A stretch of 64,000 nt of DNA from Nitrospirota bacterium (GTDB lineage: Bacteria; Nitrospirota; UBA9217): contig CAWIYV010000007.1 of NCBI GenBank assembly GCA_963840455.1, positions 394,456 through 458,455 on the forward strand, written 5' to 3'. The notes below the pieces were generated by a model. That model ran no database searches, was not told the origin of the DNA, and was given only the letters and a program-made list of their open reading frames with translations. The stretch's first letter is position 1. Each line of letters begins with the position of its first letter. Position numbers and translations under genes: made by a program. Positions 9,674 to 20,724 of this stretch are shown here, piece by piece.

Positions 9674-10675
9674 ATGAGACAAAATGTTACCGGCACGGTC
9701 CTGGTCACCGGCGGCACCGGCTTCGTGGGGAGCCACCTTGTCGAGCTGCTGATCGCTAGGGGCTATGATGTCGTCTGCCTCGTGAGGGACCTTCAGAGGC
9801 TCCGGTGGCTCCAGGGGCTGAAGGTGCGGTTGGTCAGGGGAGACTGTCAGGATCCGACGTCGCTGACAGCAGCGGTCAAGAATGCCGCGATGGTCTTTCA
9901 CCTGGCCGGTCTCACCAAGGCATTTCGCGCACGCGATTATTACGAGGTGAACCATATCGGCACCCGGAACCTCCTCGAGGCGTGCGCGCGTCACAATCCC
10001 GGGCTCAGGAAGTTCATCCTCGTTTCCAGTCTTGCCGCCGCCGGTCCCGCCGCTGGCGGCAGGCCGATACGGGATACCGACCTTCCGCGGCCGGTATCGG
10101 ATTACGGGAGGAGCAAGCTTCTCGGAGAGGCGGAGACGCTCCGCTTCCGGGAACGGTTCCCCATCGTGACCCTCCGGCCCGCTGCGGTATACGGCCCGCG
10201 CGATACCGATGTGTTCGAGCTGTTCAAGTGGGCATCGAAGGGCCTTATTCTCGACATTCGCGGCGGGGAGCGCTTCCTGAACTGGTGCTATGTAGATGAC
10301 CTGGCCGAAGCCCTGCTCCTTGCAGGCGAGCGCAGGGTTCCGAGCGGCAGCAGGTATTTCATCGCCGAGGACCGGGTGTATTCAACGACGGAATTCCACC
10401 AGGCGCTGCAGCGGACCGGCGGCGTGAACGCGAAGGTCATCAAGGTGCCGGTCTGGATGGGATATGCCATCGGAGCGCTGTCCGAGACGGCCGGCGCCCT
10501 CCGGGGCAAGGCAACGATCATGAGCCGACAGAAGGTCCGGGAGGCGGTCCAGCAATACTGGACCTGCGACCTGGGCAGGACCCGTGACGATCTTGGCTTC
10601 AGCGCAGGTGTTCCGCTGGAGCAGGGGCTCGAACGCACCTGGAAGTGGTATCGGGATAATAATTGGGTCCGTTGA
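9674..10675 (+). CDS. cerR: NAD(P)-dependent epimerase/dehydratase-family SDR; candidate bacterial ceramide reductase CerR (3-ketodihydrosphingosine / oxidised-ceramide reductase)
   Basis: Rossmann GGTGFVGSHLVELL and extended-SDR architecture. Sits immediately 5-prime of spt and bcerS homologues, the published cerR-spt-bcerS synteny. Confidence 0.6.
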   Translation: MRQNVTGTVLVTGGTGFVGSHLVELLIARGYDVVCLVRDLQRLRWLQGLKVRLVRGDCQDPTSLTAAVKNAAMVFHLAGLTKAFRARDYYEVNHIGTRNLLEACARHNPGLRKFILVSSLAAAGPAAGGRPIRDTDLPRPVSDYGRSKLLGEAETLRFRERFPIVTLRPAAVYGPRDTDVFELFKWASKGLILDIRGGERFLNWCYVDDLAEALLLAGERRVPSGSRYFIAEDRVYSTTEFHQALQRTGGVNAKVIKVPVWMGYAIGALSETAGALRGKATIMSRQKVREAVQQYWTCDLGRTRDDLGFSAGVPLEQGLERTWKWYRDNNWVR

Positions 10676-10719
10676 TCAGGTCTGCGAAATTCATTATGGG
10701 ATGAGAGGGAGGCAGTACA

Positions 10720-11901
10720 TTGGATCTTTTTGAAAAGTGCACGAAGTACACCGCGGCAAAAGAGGTGATGGCCGCCGGATTCTATCCATACTTCCGCGTG
10801 GTGGAATCGGAGCAGAACCCCGAGGTGATCGTGGAAGGCCATAAGATGATCATGCTCGGGTCGAACAACTACCTCGGCCTTACGAGCCACCCCAAGGTGA
10901 AGGAAGCGGCCATCGAGGCGGTGAAGAAGTACGGGAGCGGGTGCGCGGGCTCACGCTTCCTGAACGGCACCCTCGATATCCATGTGCAGCTCGAGAAGAA
11001 GTTGGCCAAGTTCTTCCGGAAGGAGAACGCTCTGACCTTCTCCACCGGTTACCAGACGAACCTCGGCATCATCTCGTCCATTGCCGGAAAGGACGACGTG
11101 GTCGTCATCGACAAGCTGGACCACGCCAGCATCATCGACGCCTGCCGGCTGTCCTATGCCGATGTCAAGAAGTTCAAGCATAACGACATGAAGAGCCTCG
11201 AGTTCATCCTCTCGGAGTGCGGGGACCGGGGCAAGCTCGTCGTCATCGACGGCGTGTACAGCATGGAAGGGGACATCGCGCCGCTGCCGGAGATCGTCAA
11301 GGTCTGCAAGAAGTACGGAGCGCGTATCATGGTCGATGACGCCCACGGCGTCGGCGTGCTAGGGAAAACGGGACGCGGCACGGCGGAGCACTTCGGGCTC
11401 GAGAAGGACGTGGACATCATCATGGGCACCTACAGCAAGTCCATGGCCTCCATCGGCGGGTTCGTGGCTGCGAGCGAGGACGTGATCCATTACATCAAAC
11501 ATACCTCACGGCCGCTCATCTTCTCGGCGAGCCCGCCGCCGGCCTCGGTGGCGTCGGTCATCGCCGCCCTCGACGTCATCGACCAGGAGCCGGAGCGCAG
11601 GGAACGACTCTGGCACAATACGAACAAGATGATGAAGGCTTTCAAGAACATGGGGTATGACACCGGGACCTCGGAGACGCCCATCATCCCACTGCTCATG
11701 GGCGAGATGGAGCGGGCGTTCATGATGTGGAAGATCCTGAGCGACGAGGGCGTGTTCGTGAACCCGGTGGCACCTCCGGCAACTCCACCGGGACGCTGCC
11801 TCATCCGCACGAGCTACATGGCGACCCATACCGATGAACAACTCGACCGGGTGCTCGTGATCATGGAGCAGGCAGGGAAAAAACTGGGTGTGATACAATA
11901 A
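10720..11901 (+). CDS. spt: Serine palmitoyltransferase / alpha-oxoamine synthase family PLP enzyme (Spt; BioF/KBL-like)
   Basis: Class-II aminotransferase fold with PLP-lysine region GTYSKSMASIGGF, GSNNYLGL motif, 393 aa. Confidence 0.75.
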   Translation: MDLFEKCTKYTAAKEVMAAGFYPYFRVVESEQNPEVIVEGHKMIMLGSNNYLGLTSHPKVKEAAIEAVKKYGSGCAGSRFLNGTLDIHVQLEKKLAKFFRKENALTFSTGYQTNLGIISSIAGKDDVVVIDKLDHASIIDACRLSYADVKKFKHNDMKSLEFILSECGDRGKLVVIDGVYSMEGDIAPLPEIVKVCKKYGARIMVDDAHGVGVLGKTGRGTAEHFGLEKDVDIIMGTYSKSMASIGGFVAASEDVIHYIKHTSRPLIFSASPPPASVASVIAALDVIDQEPERRERLWHNTNKMMKAFKNMGYDTGTSETPIIPLLMGEMERAFMMWKILSDEGVFVNPVAPPATPPGRCLIRTSYMATHTDEQLDRVLVIMEQAGKKLGVIQ

Positions 11902-12039
11902 CCGGGATCGTGAGCATGAAAAGGCGGAAAAGCGTTTTGAAGGGATACAGGATAGAATTGTGATACTACCCCTCCTGTTGATCCTGATGATCCTGTGAAC
12001 CTTTCAATGGCTCCCTAGTATTCCGACTGCTAAACTACC

Positions 12040-13158
12040 ATGCAGATCGAACTTGTTTCCGATAAAAAGGGCCTCGAACAGTTCATTCGGTTCCCCTGGG
12101 CAGTGTATGAGGGGAACTCGAACTGGGTCCCGCCGCTCATCAGCGAGATGGAGTTCATCCTTGGCGAGAAGAACCCGTTCTTCCATCACGCCGAGGCCGC
12201 CTACTTCCTTGCGAAAGATGGGGAAAACGTCGTTGGCCGCATCGCCGCAATCATCGACCGCAATCACATCAATACGCACAACGAACAGGCGGGATTCTTC
12301 GGGTTCTACGAAGCCCTTCCCGATCCTGCCGTCGCCTGCGGCCTCCTGGACGCGGCAGCTGCATGGCTAAAAGAGCGCGAAATCGAGGTCATGCGCGGGC
12401 CCATAAACCCGTCCACGAACGATGAATGCGGATTCCTGCTCGAAGGGTTCGATTCCCCGCCGATGATCATGATGACCTATACGCCGCGGTACTATCTCGA
12501 CCACATGGAGCGCTGCGGCATGGAAAAGGCCAGGGACCTCTATGCGTATATCTCGATCATCCCGGAGGTCTCGGCCGGCGGCAGGCTCGAACGGCTCTCC
12601 TCCGGGGTGCATGCGCGGGTGCCCGGCCTCACCGTGCGGCCGGCGAACATGAAGCAGTTCCATCGGGAACTGGAATCGGTCAAGGAGATCTACAACTCGG
12701 CATGGAGCCACAACTGGGGGTTCGTCCCCATGACCGAAGAGGAGATCGAGTCCATGGCGAAGCGGCTCAAGCCGCTCATCGTCCCGGAGCTGCTGATCAT
12801 GGTCGAGGTGAACGGCGCCCCCGCAGCGTTCTTCATGGCCCTGCCGGACTACAACCAGGTCCTTCGCCGGGTCAACGGGCGGCTGGGGCCCATGGGCATC
12901 CTGAAGTTCCTGTGGTACTCCCGGAAGATCTCCGACATCCGCGTGCTCACCATGGGGGTGAAAGAGGAATACCGCAAGAAAGGCATCGAGGGCCTGCTGT
13001 ACCTCGAGTCCTTCAAGGCAGCCATGAAGAAAGGCTATGAACGGGCAGAGATGTCCTGGGTGCTGGAGGACAACCTCCTCATGCAGCGCGGCTGCGAGCT
13101 CATGGGCGGGAAACTGTACAAGAAGTACCGCATCTACGAGAAGAAGATCCGAGCATGA
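12040..13158 (+). CDS. bcerS: GNAT-fold N-acyltransferase; candidate bacterial ceramide synthase bCerS
   Basis: 372-aa soluble acyltransferase with no close housekeeping counterpart, immediately after spt. Matches the synteny reported for bacterial ceramide synthesis. Confidence 0.55.
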   Translation: MQIELVSDKKGLEQFIRFPWAVYEGNSNWVPPLISEMEFILGEKNPFFHHAEAAYFLAKDGENVVGRIAAIIDRNHINTHNEQAGFFGFYEALPDPAVACGLLDAAAAWLKEREIEVMRGPINPSTNDECGFLLEGFDSPPMIMMTYTPRYYLDHMERCGMEKARDLYAYISIIPEVSAGGRLERLSSGVHARVPGLTVRPANMKQFHRELESVKEIYNSAWSHNWGFVPMTEEEIESMAKRLKPLIVPELLIMVEVNGAPAAFFMALPDYNQVLRRVNGRLGPMGILKFLWYSRKISDIRVLTMGVKEEYRKKGIEGLLYLESFKAAMKKGYERAEMSWVLEDNLLMQRGCELMGGKLYKKYRIYEKKIRA

Positions 13159-13742
13159 AGCATATCGGACGCAAGCTCTACCACCTCCTCGGCGGGCTCG
13201 CCTTGCTTACGCTCTATTACCTGCTGGGCAGGCGGAACGCGCTGGTCTGCTACGGTCTCCTCTTCCTGGTCGTTCTTGCCGTCGATATCACCCGCCTTCG
13301 CGTGCCCGCGTTCAACCAGTTCATCCAGACGCGGCTTAGCAGCTTCATCCGGAAGAACGAGGCAAACAAAATCACCGGCACGGCGCCCTATGTGCTCGGC
13401 ATCGGGTTGACGCTGTTGTTCTACCGTACCGATATCGCCACGGCTGCCATCTGTTTTCTCGCGTTCGGTGATGTGGCGGCGACGACCGTTGGGGAGCGGT
13501 ATGGACGGACGAAGATCGTAGGTGATAAAAGCCTGGAAGGGACCCTGGCATTTGCGGTCATTGCTGTTGCATCCGGGCTGGCGCTCCCGCTGGTCGGTGT
13601 CCACCTTGCGCCCGGCCTCATCGCGGCAGGATCGTTCGTGGCTGCAGGTGTGGAACTGGTCCCCCTGCGCGTTAACGATAACCTCGTGATCCCCGTGGTA
13701 TCAGGCGGGGCCATGGAACTGATCGCGCGGCTTGGCGGCTGA
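13155..13742 (+). CDS. CTP-transferase-1-family (dolichol/phytol/DAG-kinase-like) integral membrane lipid kinase; candidate sphingolipid head-group enzyme
   Basis: ATGA overlap with bcerS. 5-6 TM. GDVAATTVGERYGRTKI...KSLEGT motif characteristic of CTP-dependent polyprenol/DAG kinases and CdsA relatives. Confidence 0.45.
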   Translation: MKHIGRKLYHLLGGLALLTLYYLLGRRNALVCYGLLFLVVLAVDITRLRVPAFNQFIQTRLSSFIRKNEANKITGTAPYVLGIGLTLLFYRTDIATAAICFLAFGDVAATTVGERYGRTKIVGDKSLEGTLAFAVIAVASGLALPLVGVHLAPGLIAAGSFVAAGVELVPLRVNDNLVIPVVSGGAMELIARLGG

Positions 13743-14606
13743 ACATGAGGACCATGCGTAAAGCGGTGGGGCAAGGTACACGGTGAGCACGGTCAGCGCG
13801 ATGCCTGCCAGGACATCGACGACGTAGTGGTAGCGAAGGTACACGGTGGACAGGATGAGCCCGGTCACCGCCGGCAGGAGCAGTGCGGTCAGGACCCGTT
13901 CCCGGAACTTCCTTGCGTAGTAGAGCGTCATCAGGGCGACGGCGGTATGGCCGCTCGGGAACGCATCGGTCTTGGTGTTCTCGAGGGCGTTCAACGTTTC
14001 CTGGATGGATGTGACAAGCGGTCCGGCAGCCAGGTCCCGCGTCTGCAGATGCGCAAGGGTGAAGCGGGGGCCAACAGCAGGGACCAAAAGGTAGCCGACG
14101 TAGGACAGGTAGAAACAGAGGATAATACCGAAGATCGCTTCGTCGAAGGCGGTCTCGTTCTTTTTCAGGAAGAGCACGGCGCCCAGGACGATGGCCATGG
14201 GATAATAGCTGATGTAGGCGAACTGCAGCACCGTGGTCAGCAGGGGATGGACGAACCGTTCGAGCAGGACCGTGGGGTGATGTCCCCCGAAGAGCCGGAA
14301 GTCGGCCCTGATGAGCAGGTCGTCGAAGGTGCAGGGCCAGACCCAGGGAATGATATCTCCCATGCTGTTGAACAGGACCGGGACGATCAGGACCGGAAGG
14401 AACGAATGGACGGTGCGCGCCCAGGTCGGCGCCTTCGGGAACGAGGCGTACCGGCTGATGAGGACCAGGAAAACGATAAGGGCGGCAAAGCGGGCAACAA
14501 GCCGCCCCGCGTGGGGCAGCCGGGGCGACGCGGCGAGCGTGACCGCGGCCAGGAGCGCGATGAAGGCGATCGAGAGCAGGTCGACAGGCTTGAGGGTCCT
14601 GCGCAT
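13701..14606 (-). CDS. PAP2-superfamily membrane protein with sphingomyelin-synthase/IPC-synthase-like motifs; candidate phosphosphingolipid synthase
   Basis: PSGHTAVAL and RYHYVVDVLAG motifs (SMS D3/D4-like), about 6 TM. Convergent with and overlapping the 3-prime end of the kinase-like gene by 42 bp. The alternative-frame ORF 13672..14646 was rejected. Confidence 0.55.
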   Translation of the reverse strand: MRRTLKPVDLLSIAFIALLAAVTLAASPRLPHAGRLVARFAALIVFLVLISRYASFPKAPTWARTVHSFLPVLIVPVLFNSMGDIIPWVWPCTFDDLLIRADFRLFGGHHPTVLLERFVHPLLTTVLQFAYISYYPMAIVLGAVLFLKKNETAFDEAIFGIILCFYLSYVGYLLVPAVGPRFTLAHLQTRDLAAGPLVTSIQETLNALENTKTDAFPSGHTAVALMTLYYARKFRERVLTALLLPAVTGLILSTVYLRYHYVVDVLAGIALTVLTVYLAPPLYAWSSCSAAKPRDQFHGPA

Positions 14607-14664
14607 GACCTCTTATACAATACCTCCCCGCTAATTGCAAGAGCATCTATGTTATACTCGAACT

Positions 14665-15987
14665 ATGCATAAGAGCGCCCGATCAGCCCTGCTCGTTCTT
14701 GCGGTCCTGCTGCCGTCTATCAGTGCATTTGACGATGGCCATGCAGCGGAAAAGCTCTCCCTGACGCAATGCCTCGAAACGGCGCTCAAGAACCAGCCGG
14801 CGATCAGGGCGGCCCAGGAGAACGTTCGTGCCGGTCAAGGCCGGGAGACCCAGGCGGCATCGCCCTATTTCCCGCAGCTCACGGCAAGTACCGGTTATTC
14901 CGAGAGCCATGCCCCCCTGGGAGGTGCGTTCGGAGACAGTACAACGAAGAGCTATACCACGAGCCTGTCGTTGAGCCAGACGCTCTATGACTTCGGGAAA
15001 ACCGGAAATGCCTATGACGCAGCGAAATTGGGTACGCTGTCGCTGGAGCGGGATGCGGAACGGATCAGCCAGGAGGTCGTGCTGAATGTCAAACAGTCCT
15101 ATTACGCGCTGCTGGCGGCCAAGAAGCTCGTCGAGGTAGCCCAGAAAACGATCGAGCAGACCGAAAGCCATCTGAAACAGGCCGAGGCGTTCTTTCGCGC
15201 GGGATCAAAACCGAGATACGACGTGACGCGGGCCGAGGTGGAAGTGAACAACGCGAATCTCGGCCTGATCAACGCAAAGAACGGTGTGCGCATAAGGACG
15301 ATCGCCCTGAACAACGCCATGGGGATCGATCCGGGGAGGGCCACGGAGATCGTGGAGGAGCTTCCCTCCGTCCCGCTTCTTCCGTCGCTGGACAAGGCGC
15401 AGGCGGACGCCCTTCAGAACCGTCCGGACATGAAACGGATGGAGGCTGACATCGAGGCGGCCCGGGCCCGGCTGACGGCGGAGCGGTCGAACCACCTTCC
15501 GACGCTCTCGGCGAACGCCGCCTACAACTGGGCGAACGGCACTACCGAGATGGGACCGTTCATGGGGACGATGTTCAAGGGAGACGTCCAGAACAGCTGG
15601 AACGCCGGGATCATGCTGACCCTGCCCCTGTTCCAGGGAGGCCTGACGGCGGGCCGGGTCGCCGAGGCGCGGGCGAATCTGCTTGCGCTTGAAGCCCAGC
15701 GGGACGCGATGAAGCAGTCGATCCTCCTGGAGGTGAACCAGGCCTTTGCCGATCTCGAGAGCGCGGCCGCGCGGGTGGAGGTCATGGAGAAGACCCTGCA
15801 AAAAGCGCGGGAAAATCTTGATATCGCCCAGGGCAGATATAAAGCAGGGGTCGGTCCCTATATTGAAGTGACAGACGCCCAGCTTTCCTCGGTCAATTCA
15901 GAAACAGACCATATCAAGGCGCTGTATGATTATCACCTTGCGATCGCGCAGCTCCAGAAAGCAATGGGCATCAAAAGCTATGAATAA
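14665..15987 (+). CDS. TolC-family outer membrane efflux protein
   Basis: Start taken at MHKSARSALLVLAVLLPSISA (signal peptide). Two OEP repeats. Confidence 0.8.
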   Translation: MHKSARSALLVLAVLLPSISAFDDGHAAEKLSLTQCLETALKNQPAIRAAQENVRAGQGRETQAASPYFPQLTASTGYSESHAPLGGAFGDSTTKSYTTSLSLSQTLYDFGKTGNAYDAAKLGTLSLERDAERISQEVVLNVKQSYYALLAAKKLVEVAQKTIEQTESHLKQAEAFFRAGSKPRYDVTRAEVEVNNANLGLINAKNGVRIRTIALNNAMGIDPGRATEIVEELPSVPLLPSLDKAQADALQNRPDMKRMEADIEAARARLTAERSNHLPTLSANAAYNWANGTTEMGPFMGTMFKGDVQNSWNAGIMLTLPLFQGGLTAGRVAEARANLLALEAQRDAMKQSILLEVNQAFADLESAAARVEVMEKTLQKARENLDIAQGRYKAGVGPYIEVTDAQLSSVNSETDHIKALYDYHLAIAQLQKAMGIKSYE

Positions 15988-16033
15988 CACGAGGCCGTAG
16001 AAGGTCGTTGACGGAGAGAGGGGAGGAAAAGCA

Positions 16034-16492
16034 ATGCCGCGAGTAGAATCAGTGTTCAGGGTCAAACTCCCTGTCAGGGCAGTGTGGTCCTTTATGTCGG
16101 ACCGCAACGAAGTGGGCTGTCTGTTCCCGGGATGCAAGGGTGTCAAGATCTTAGATGATCTGGACGCGATATGGAAGGTGCGCGTGACCTTCGGGCCCTT
16201 TGCCCGGCTCGTGGAGCTGAAGACCCACACGACGGCGTTCAAGGAGTTTGAGCAGCTTTCCTGGATCGGCAGCGGCGGAGACATCCACATGTCAGGTGAC
16301 GTCATGCTGAAAAAGGTCTCGGACGACGAGACCGAGGTGGTCTATCATCTGGAAGGGCATGTGACCGGGCCGTTCGCCATGCTGCAGGACATTGTGGTGG
16401 CGGAGAAGCTGCGGGAGGTGAAGAAGAAGTTCATCAAGAACATCAAGGACGAGCTCGAGTGGCAGCTGGATGAGGGCGTGGAAAAGAAATGA
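16034..16492 (+). CDS. SRPBCC (CoxG/polyketide-cyclase-like) small ligand-binding protein
   Basis: 152 aa, VWSFMSD...KFIKN pattern typical of CoxG-like SRPBCC. Confidence 0.5.
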   Translation: MPRVESVFRVKLPVRAVWSFMSDRNEVGCLFPGCKGVKILDDLDAIWKVRVTFGPFARLVELKTHTTAFKEFEQLSWIGSGGDIHMSGDVMLKKVSDDETEVVYHLEGHVTGPFAMLQDIVVAEKLREVKKKFIKNIKDELEWQLDEGVEKK

Positions 16493-17592
16493 CGCTGCTC
16501 AGGAACAAGAAGGTGCTGATGGCTGCCGCGGTGGTGATCGTCATTGTGCTCGCCGTCGTAATGACCGGCAAGAAACCGGTGCCGGTCAAGGTCATTGAGA
16601 TCAAGCGGGGAGAATTGCGCGTCATCGTGAATGCGACGACCACGTCGACGGTAAAGTCGGAATACGAGGTCACGCTTTCCGCGCAGCGCACGGGAAGGGT
16701 CGTCACGCTGCCGGTGCGGGAAGGGGACCGGGTCAAGGCCGGAGACCTGATCGCACGGCTTGATCTGACCGAAGAATCCGTCCAGTCCGAGAGCGTTCTG
16801 GCCCAGAGCAGGGCAACATACGGGGAAACGGAGAAGAACCTCAAGCGCTCGGAAGATCTTTTTGCGAACGGGATGATCGCCCAGCAGGACCTCGACAGCG
16901 CACGCAGAGCGTTCGAGGTGGCACGGTCCCAGTATGAAGCCTCCCGGGACGATGTCAAGGTCAAGAAGGACTATTCCGTCATCAGGACGCCCTATGGCGG
17001 TGTGGTGTCGAAGAAATACACGGAGGTAGGCGAGCTGCTCCTGCCCGGGAAGCAGATCGTGACCGTCGTGGACCCTGACCGTATCTATGTGCTGGCGACC
17101 ATCGATGAGGTGGATGTGGGACGGCTTCGTCTGGGGCAGCCGGTGGCCATCAGCATTGACGCGTTCCCGGGCGAGAAGTTCAACGGCACCATCAGGCGGA
17201 TATCGCCCATCGTAAGCGGCGGAAAGCTGGAGACCCGGACCGCGGACGTGTGGATCTATTTCACGGCGAAGGACGCCAGGATCAAGCCGGGGATGTCCGC
17301 CGACGTCGAGATCCTCATCACGACGCTCACGGGGGTCCTGTCCGCTCCATCACAGGCCATCGTGGAGCGCGACGGCAAGAAGCAGGTCTATGTCGCTGAA
17401 GGAACGAACCTTGCCCCGGGTGCCACTACCCGTGTGCGTCTGCAGCCTGTGGAGATCGGCGAAAGCAACTGGGTGAGTACGGAGATCAGGAACGGCCTGA
17501 AGGCCGGGGAGTTCGTTGTTACCACGCCCGAAGTGGAAGGACTGAAGGATGGCGTCAGAATCGTCGTCGAGAAAGAGAAAAATTCCCGTTAG
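16489..17592 (+). CDS. Efflux periplasmic adaptor (HlyD/MacA-type membrane fusion protein)
   Basis: N-terminal TM anchor, biotinyl-lipoyl-like hairpin, coiled coil, beta-barrel domains. ATGA overlap with the upstream gene. Confidence 0.8.
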   Translation: MTLLRNKKVLMAAAVVIVIVLAVVMTGKKPVPVKVIEIKRGELRVIVNATTTSTVKSEYEVTLSAQRTGRVVTLPVREGDRVKAGDLIARLDLTEESVQSESVLAQSRATYGETEKNLKRSEDLFANGMIAQQDLDSARRAFEVARSQYEASRDDVKVKKDYSVIRTPYGGVVSKKYTEVGELLLPGKQIVTVVDPDRIYVLATIDEVDVGRLRLGQPVAISIDAFPGEKFNGTIRRISPIVSGGKLETRTADVWIYFTAKDARIKPGMSADVEILITTLTGVLSAPSQAIVERDGKKQVYVAEGTNLAPGATTRVRLQPVEIGESNWVSTEIRNGLKAGEFVVTTPEVEGLKDGVRIVVEKEKNSR

Positions 17593-17604
17593 CATACCCC
17601 TGCC

Positions 17605-18278
<674 letters not shown>

Positions 18279-18282
<4 letters not shown>

Positions 18283-19487
18283 ACTTCATCGAGATATTCA
18301 GGGTCGCGCTGGAGGCCATCCTTTCGAACAAGGTGCGGTCCGGCTTAACCATGCTTGGCGTGATCATCGGGGTGCTCGCGGTGATCTTGCTGGTCTCGAT
18401 CGGCGAAGGGGCACAGGTCTACATCACCAAGGAACTCACGGGCATGGGAACGAACCTCCTCATGATCACACCGGGGAAAACGAGCACGAGCGGCGGCTTC
18501 CATCCTCCCTCAGCAGGAACAGTGCGCAAACTGACCTATGATGATTCGCAGGCGCTCAAGCGCCGCGCCTGGCTCCTGAGCGATGCAGTACCGCTTGTGT
18601 TCGGCACCGGACGGATAAAATACCAGAACATGGGCCGCGACACCATGATCATCGGAACAACGCCGGAGTTCCAGAGCATCCGGCACCTCTTCGTCGACAC
18701 CGGCAGCTATGTGACCCAGGGGGATGTGGATTCCAAGGCGAAGATCGTGGTGCTCGGCACGAAGGTGAAGGAGGAGCTGTTCGGCCAGGAGAATGCGCTC
18801 GGCAAGGCCGTGACACTTTCCGACGCCCGCTACCGCGTCGTCGGGGTGATGCAAAAGCGGGGGACGAGCCTTGGCATGGACCTCGATGATATCGTGTTCA
18901 TACCCGTCACGAGCGGACAGGAGCTGTTCGACACCGATGGGCTGTTCGAGATCATCGCCTCGACACCCCGGGCAGAGGACGTGGACCGGGCCATCAGCCA
19001 GATCAAGGAGGTCCTGATTAAACGGCACGCGCACAAGGAGGATTTCACCATCCAGACCCAGGGTGCCATGCTCTCGACCATGAATACCATTTTGAACATC
19101 CTGACCGCGGTGCTCGGGGGCATTGCCGGAATCTCGCTGCTCGTGGGCGGGATCGGGATCATGAACATCATGCTGGTCTCTGTCCGCGAACGCACGCGGG
19201 AGATCGGCATCAGGAAGGCCATCGGTGCCCGGAACAGCGATATCATGGCTCAGTTCATGATCGAGGCGATCACGCTGTCCGGCGTCGGCGGGGTCATTGG
19301 CATCGTGCTCGGTGTGGGCATCGCGCTCCTGATCCCGATGTTCGTCACGGTGCTCCCGACGAGCATATCGCTCTGGTCCATTGTGATGGCCTTCACCTTC
19401 TCCATGGCGGTCGGTGTGTTCTTTGGCGTGTACCCGGCCCGCAAGGCATCGCTTCAGGACCCTATCTCCGCACTACGCTACGAATAG
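18279..19487 (+). CDS. ABC transporter permease, FtsX/MacB-like
   Basis: Start ATG overlaps the upstream TGA. N-terminal TM, large periplasmic domain, three C-terminal TM (FtsX fold). The longer track ORF from 18222 is an artefact. Confidence 0.85.
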
Positions 19488-19561
19488 GTGGAAAATTGTA
19501 CGCATATTTGGTATAGTTACTGGCAAGGAAACGATATAATTCGGACGGCAGGAGGGTATTC

Positions 19562-20068
19562 TTGATGGAAAAGCGAAGTGGCGTCTTTCTGGTGAAAACT
19601 GACTGGTGGTATATCGAACGACTTGTGTGGCTCATTGCCGGGACTGATGTGGTCTTGAGCTCGATCCTGACCGCGGTCCATAGCCCCAACTGGGCGTTCT
19701 CAATCCTCTTCGTCGGTGTCTGCTCCATAACCGTGGCGCTCACCGGTTTCTGCATTGTCGGAAATGCTCTCTACTTCCTCGGCGTGAGGCCGCTGGTGCC
19801 TGACAAAAGGACCTATGACAAGGGAAAATGGAACGGTCTGTATTTTATGGAGAACAATGAGTGGTTCCTGGAGCGGTACATCTACGTGTTCGTCGGCGTG
19901 AACCTGTCCATCAGTTCGATGCTGGCGCGCTTTGTCAGCCCCTATTGGCTCTATTTCACCGGCTTTGTCGGCACCGCCACCATCCTCTTCGCCTTCACCG
20001 GCTTCTGCATCATGGCGAACTTCCTGTACCGCCTGGGTCTCGAGCCCCGGATGTGCCGGAACATCTGA
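19562..20068 (+). CDS. Tandem DUF2892 (YgaP-like) membrane protein
   Basis: Two repeats of the W...GxxxLxxxxTGFCxxxNxLYxLG pattern. Confidence 0.55.
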   Translation: MMEKRSGVFLVKTDWWYIERLVWLIAGTDVVLSSILTAVHSPNWAFSILFVGVCSITVALTGFCIVGNALYFLGVRPLVPDKRTYDKGKWNGLYFMENNEWFLERYIYVFVGVNLSISSMLARFVSPYWLYFTGFVGTATILFAFTGFCIMANFLYRLGLEPRMCRNI

Positions 20069-20154
20069 ATGGTCGTGCAAGACTGTCGGAGGCATAGCAC
20101 CTGCTTTGTCCGGCCATGCGCTCGTTCGATGGGTCAGTAGTCGGATTCCGCTCG

Positions 20155-20613
20155 CTAGAACTTACCCGCGTGCCGCTCGAGCGTCGATCGCGCAATACGA
20201 TAATCATCTCCTTCCTGCGTTCCCTCGATCCTGATCGGGAAACAGCCCCCGATGCCCTTCTCCAGCTTGTACACCGAATAGGTCGTATCACAGGCCCTGC
20301 ATACGACGTAACCATCTTTAGACTCGTATCCAAGCTTCCGGGGATAGCAGGTGAGACAGGCGTCCAGGAAGGAGAGGACCACGTCCTTCATCCGGATCAC
20401 GAAGAAGTTGACATCTTTGCCTTTTGTTCGAAAGGAGTAGAACTGCGGCGTCTCAAGCGGGAGCGATGCCGTATGGATCACGACATTTTCGCCTTCGATC
20501 GGAGGCGCGGCATAGCGCGGCTGGCGGGAACAGGCCGCAAGTGAAGCGAAGGCTCCGACCAGGCACGAGGTCGCCAATAGATATTTGATGAAGGCAAGGC
20601 GAAAATGTCTCAT
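20155..20613 (-). CDS. Cys4 (CxxC-x15-CxxC) zinc-ribbon/rubredoxin-like lipoprotein, DUF2318/FtrD-like
   Basis: Start at MRHFRLAF. Lipobox LAACS. CLTC...CRAC metal-binding knuckles. Confidence 0.45.
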   Translation of the reverse strand: MRHFRLAFIKYLLATSCLVGAFASLAACSRQPRYAAPPIEGENVVIHTASLPLETPQFYSFRTKGKDVNFFVIRMKDVVLSFLDACLTCYPRKLGYESKDGYVVCRACDTTYSVYKLEKGIGGCFPIRIEGTQEGDDYRIARSTLERHAGKF

Positions 20614-20724
20614 TGTGAACTCTTTTCCCAGGCGCACGGCAGGTACGGATACAGGGCCGCGAGGACATCTGCAGCGGCATACCGCCCCGGGCAGATGCAG
20701 AGCATCCGCCCGGGGTTGAACGCC

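Noticed and set aside
13672-14646. Alternative minus-strand frame (324 aa) overlapping the PAP2 gene
   Set aside because: Pro/Arg-rich and non-membrane. The other frame (13701..14606) has TM periodicity and PAP2/SMS catalytic motifs.
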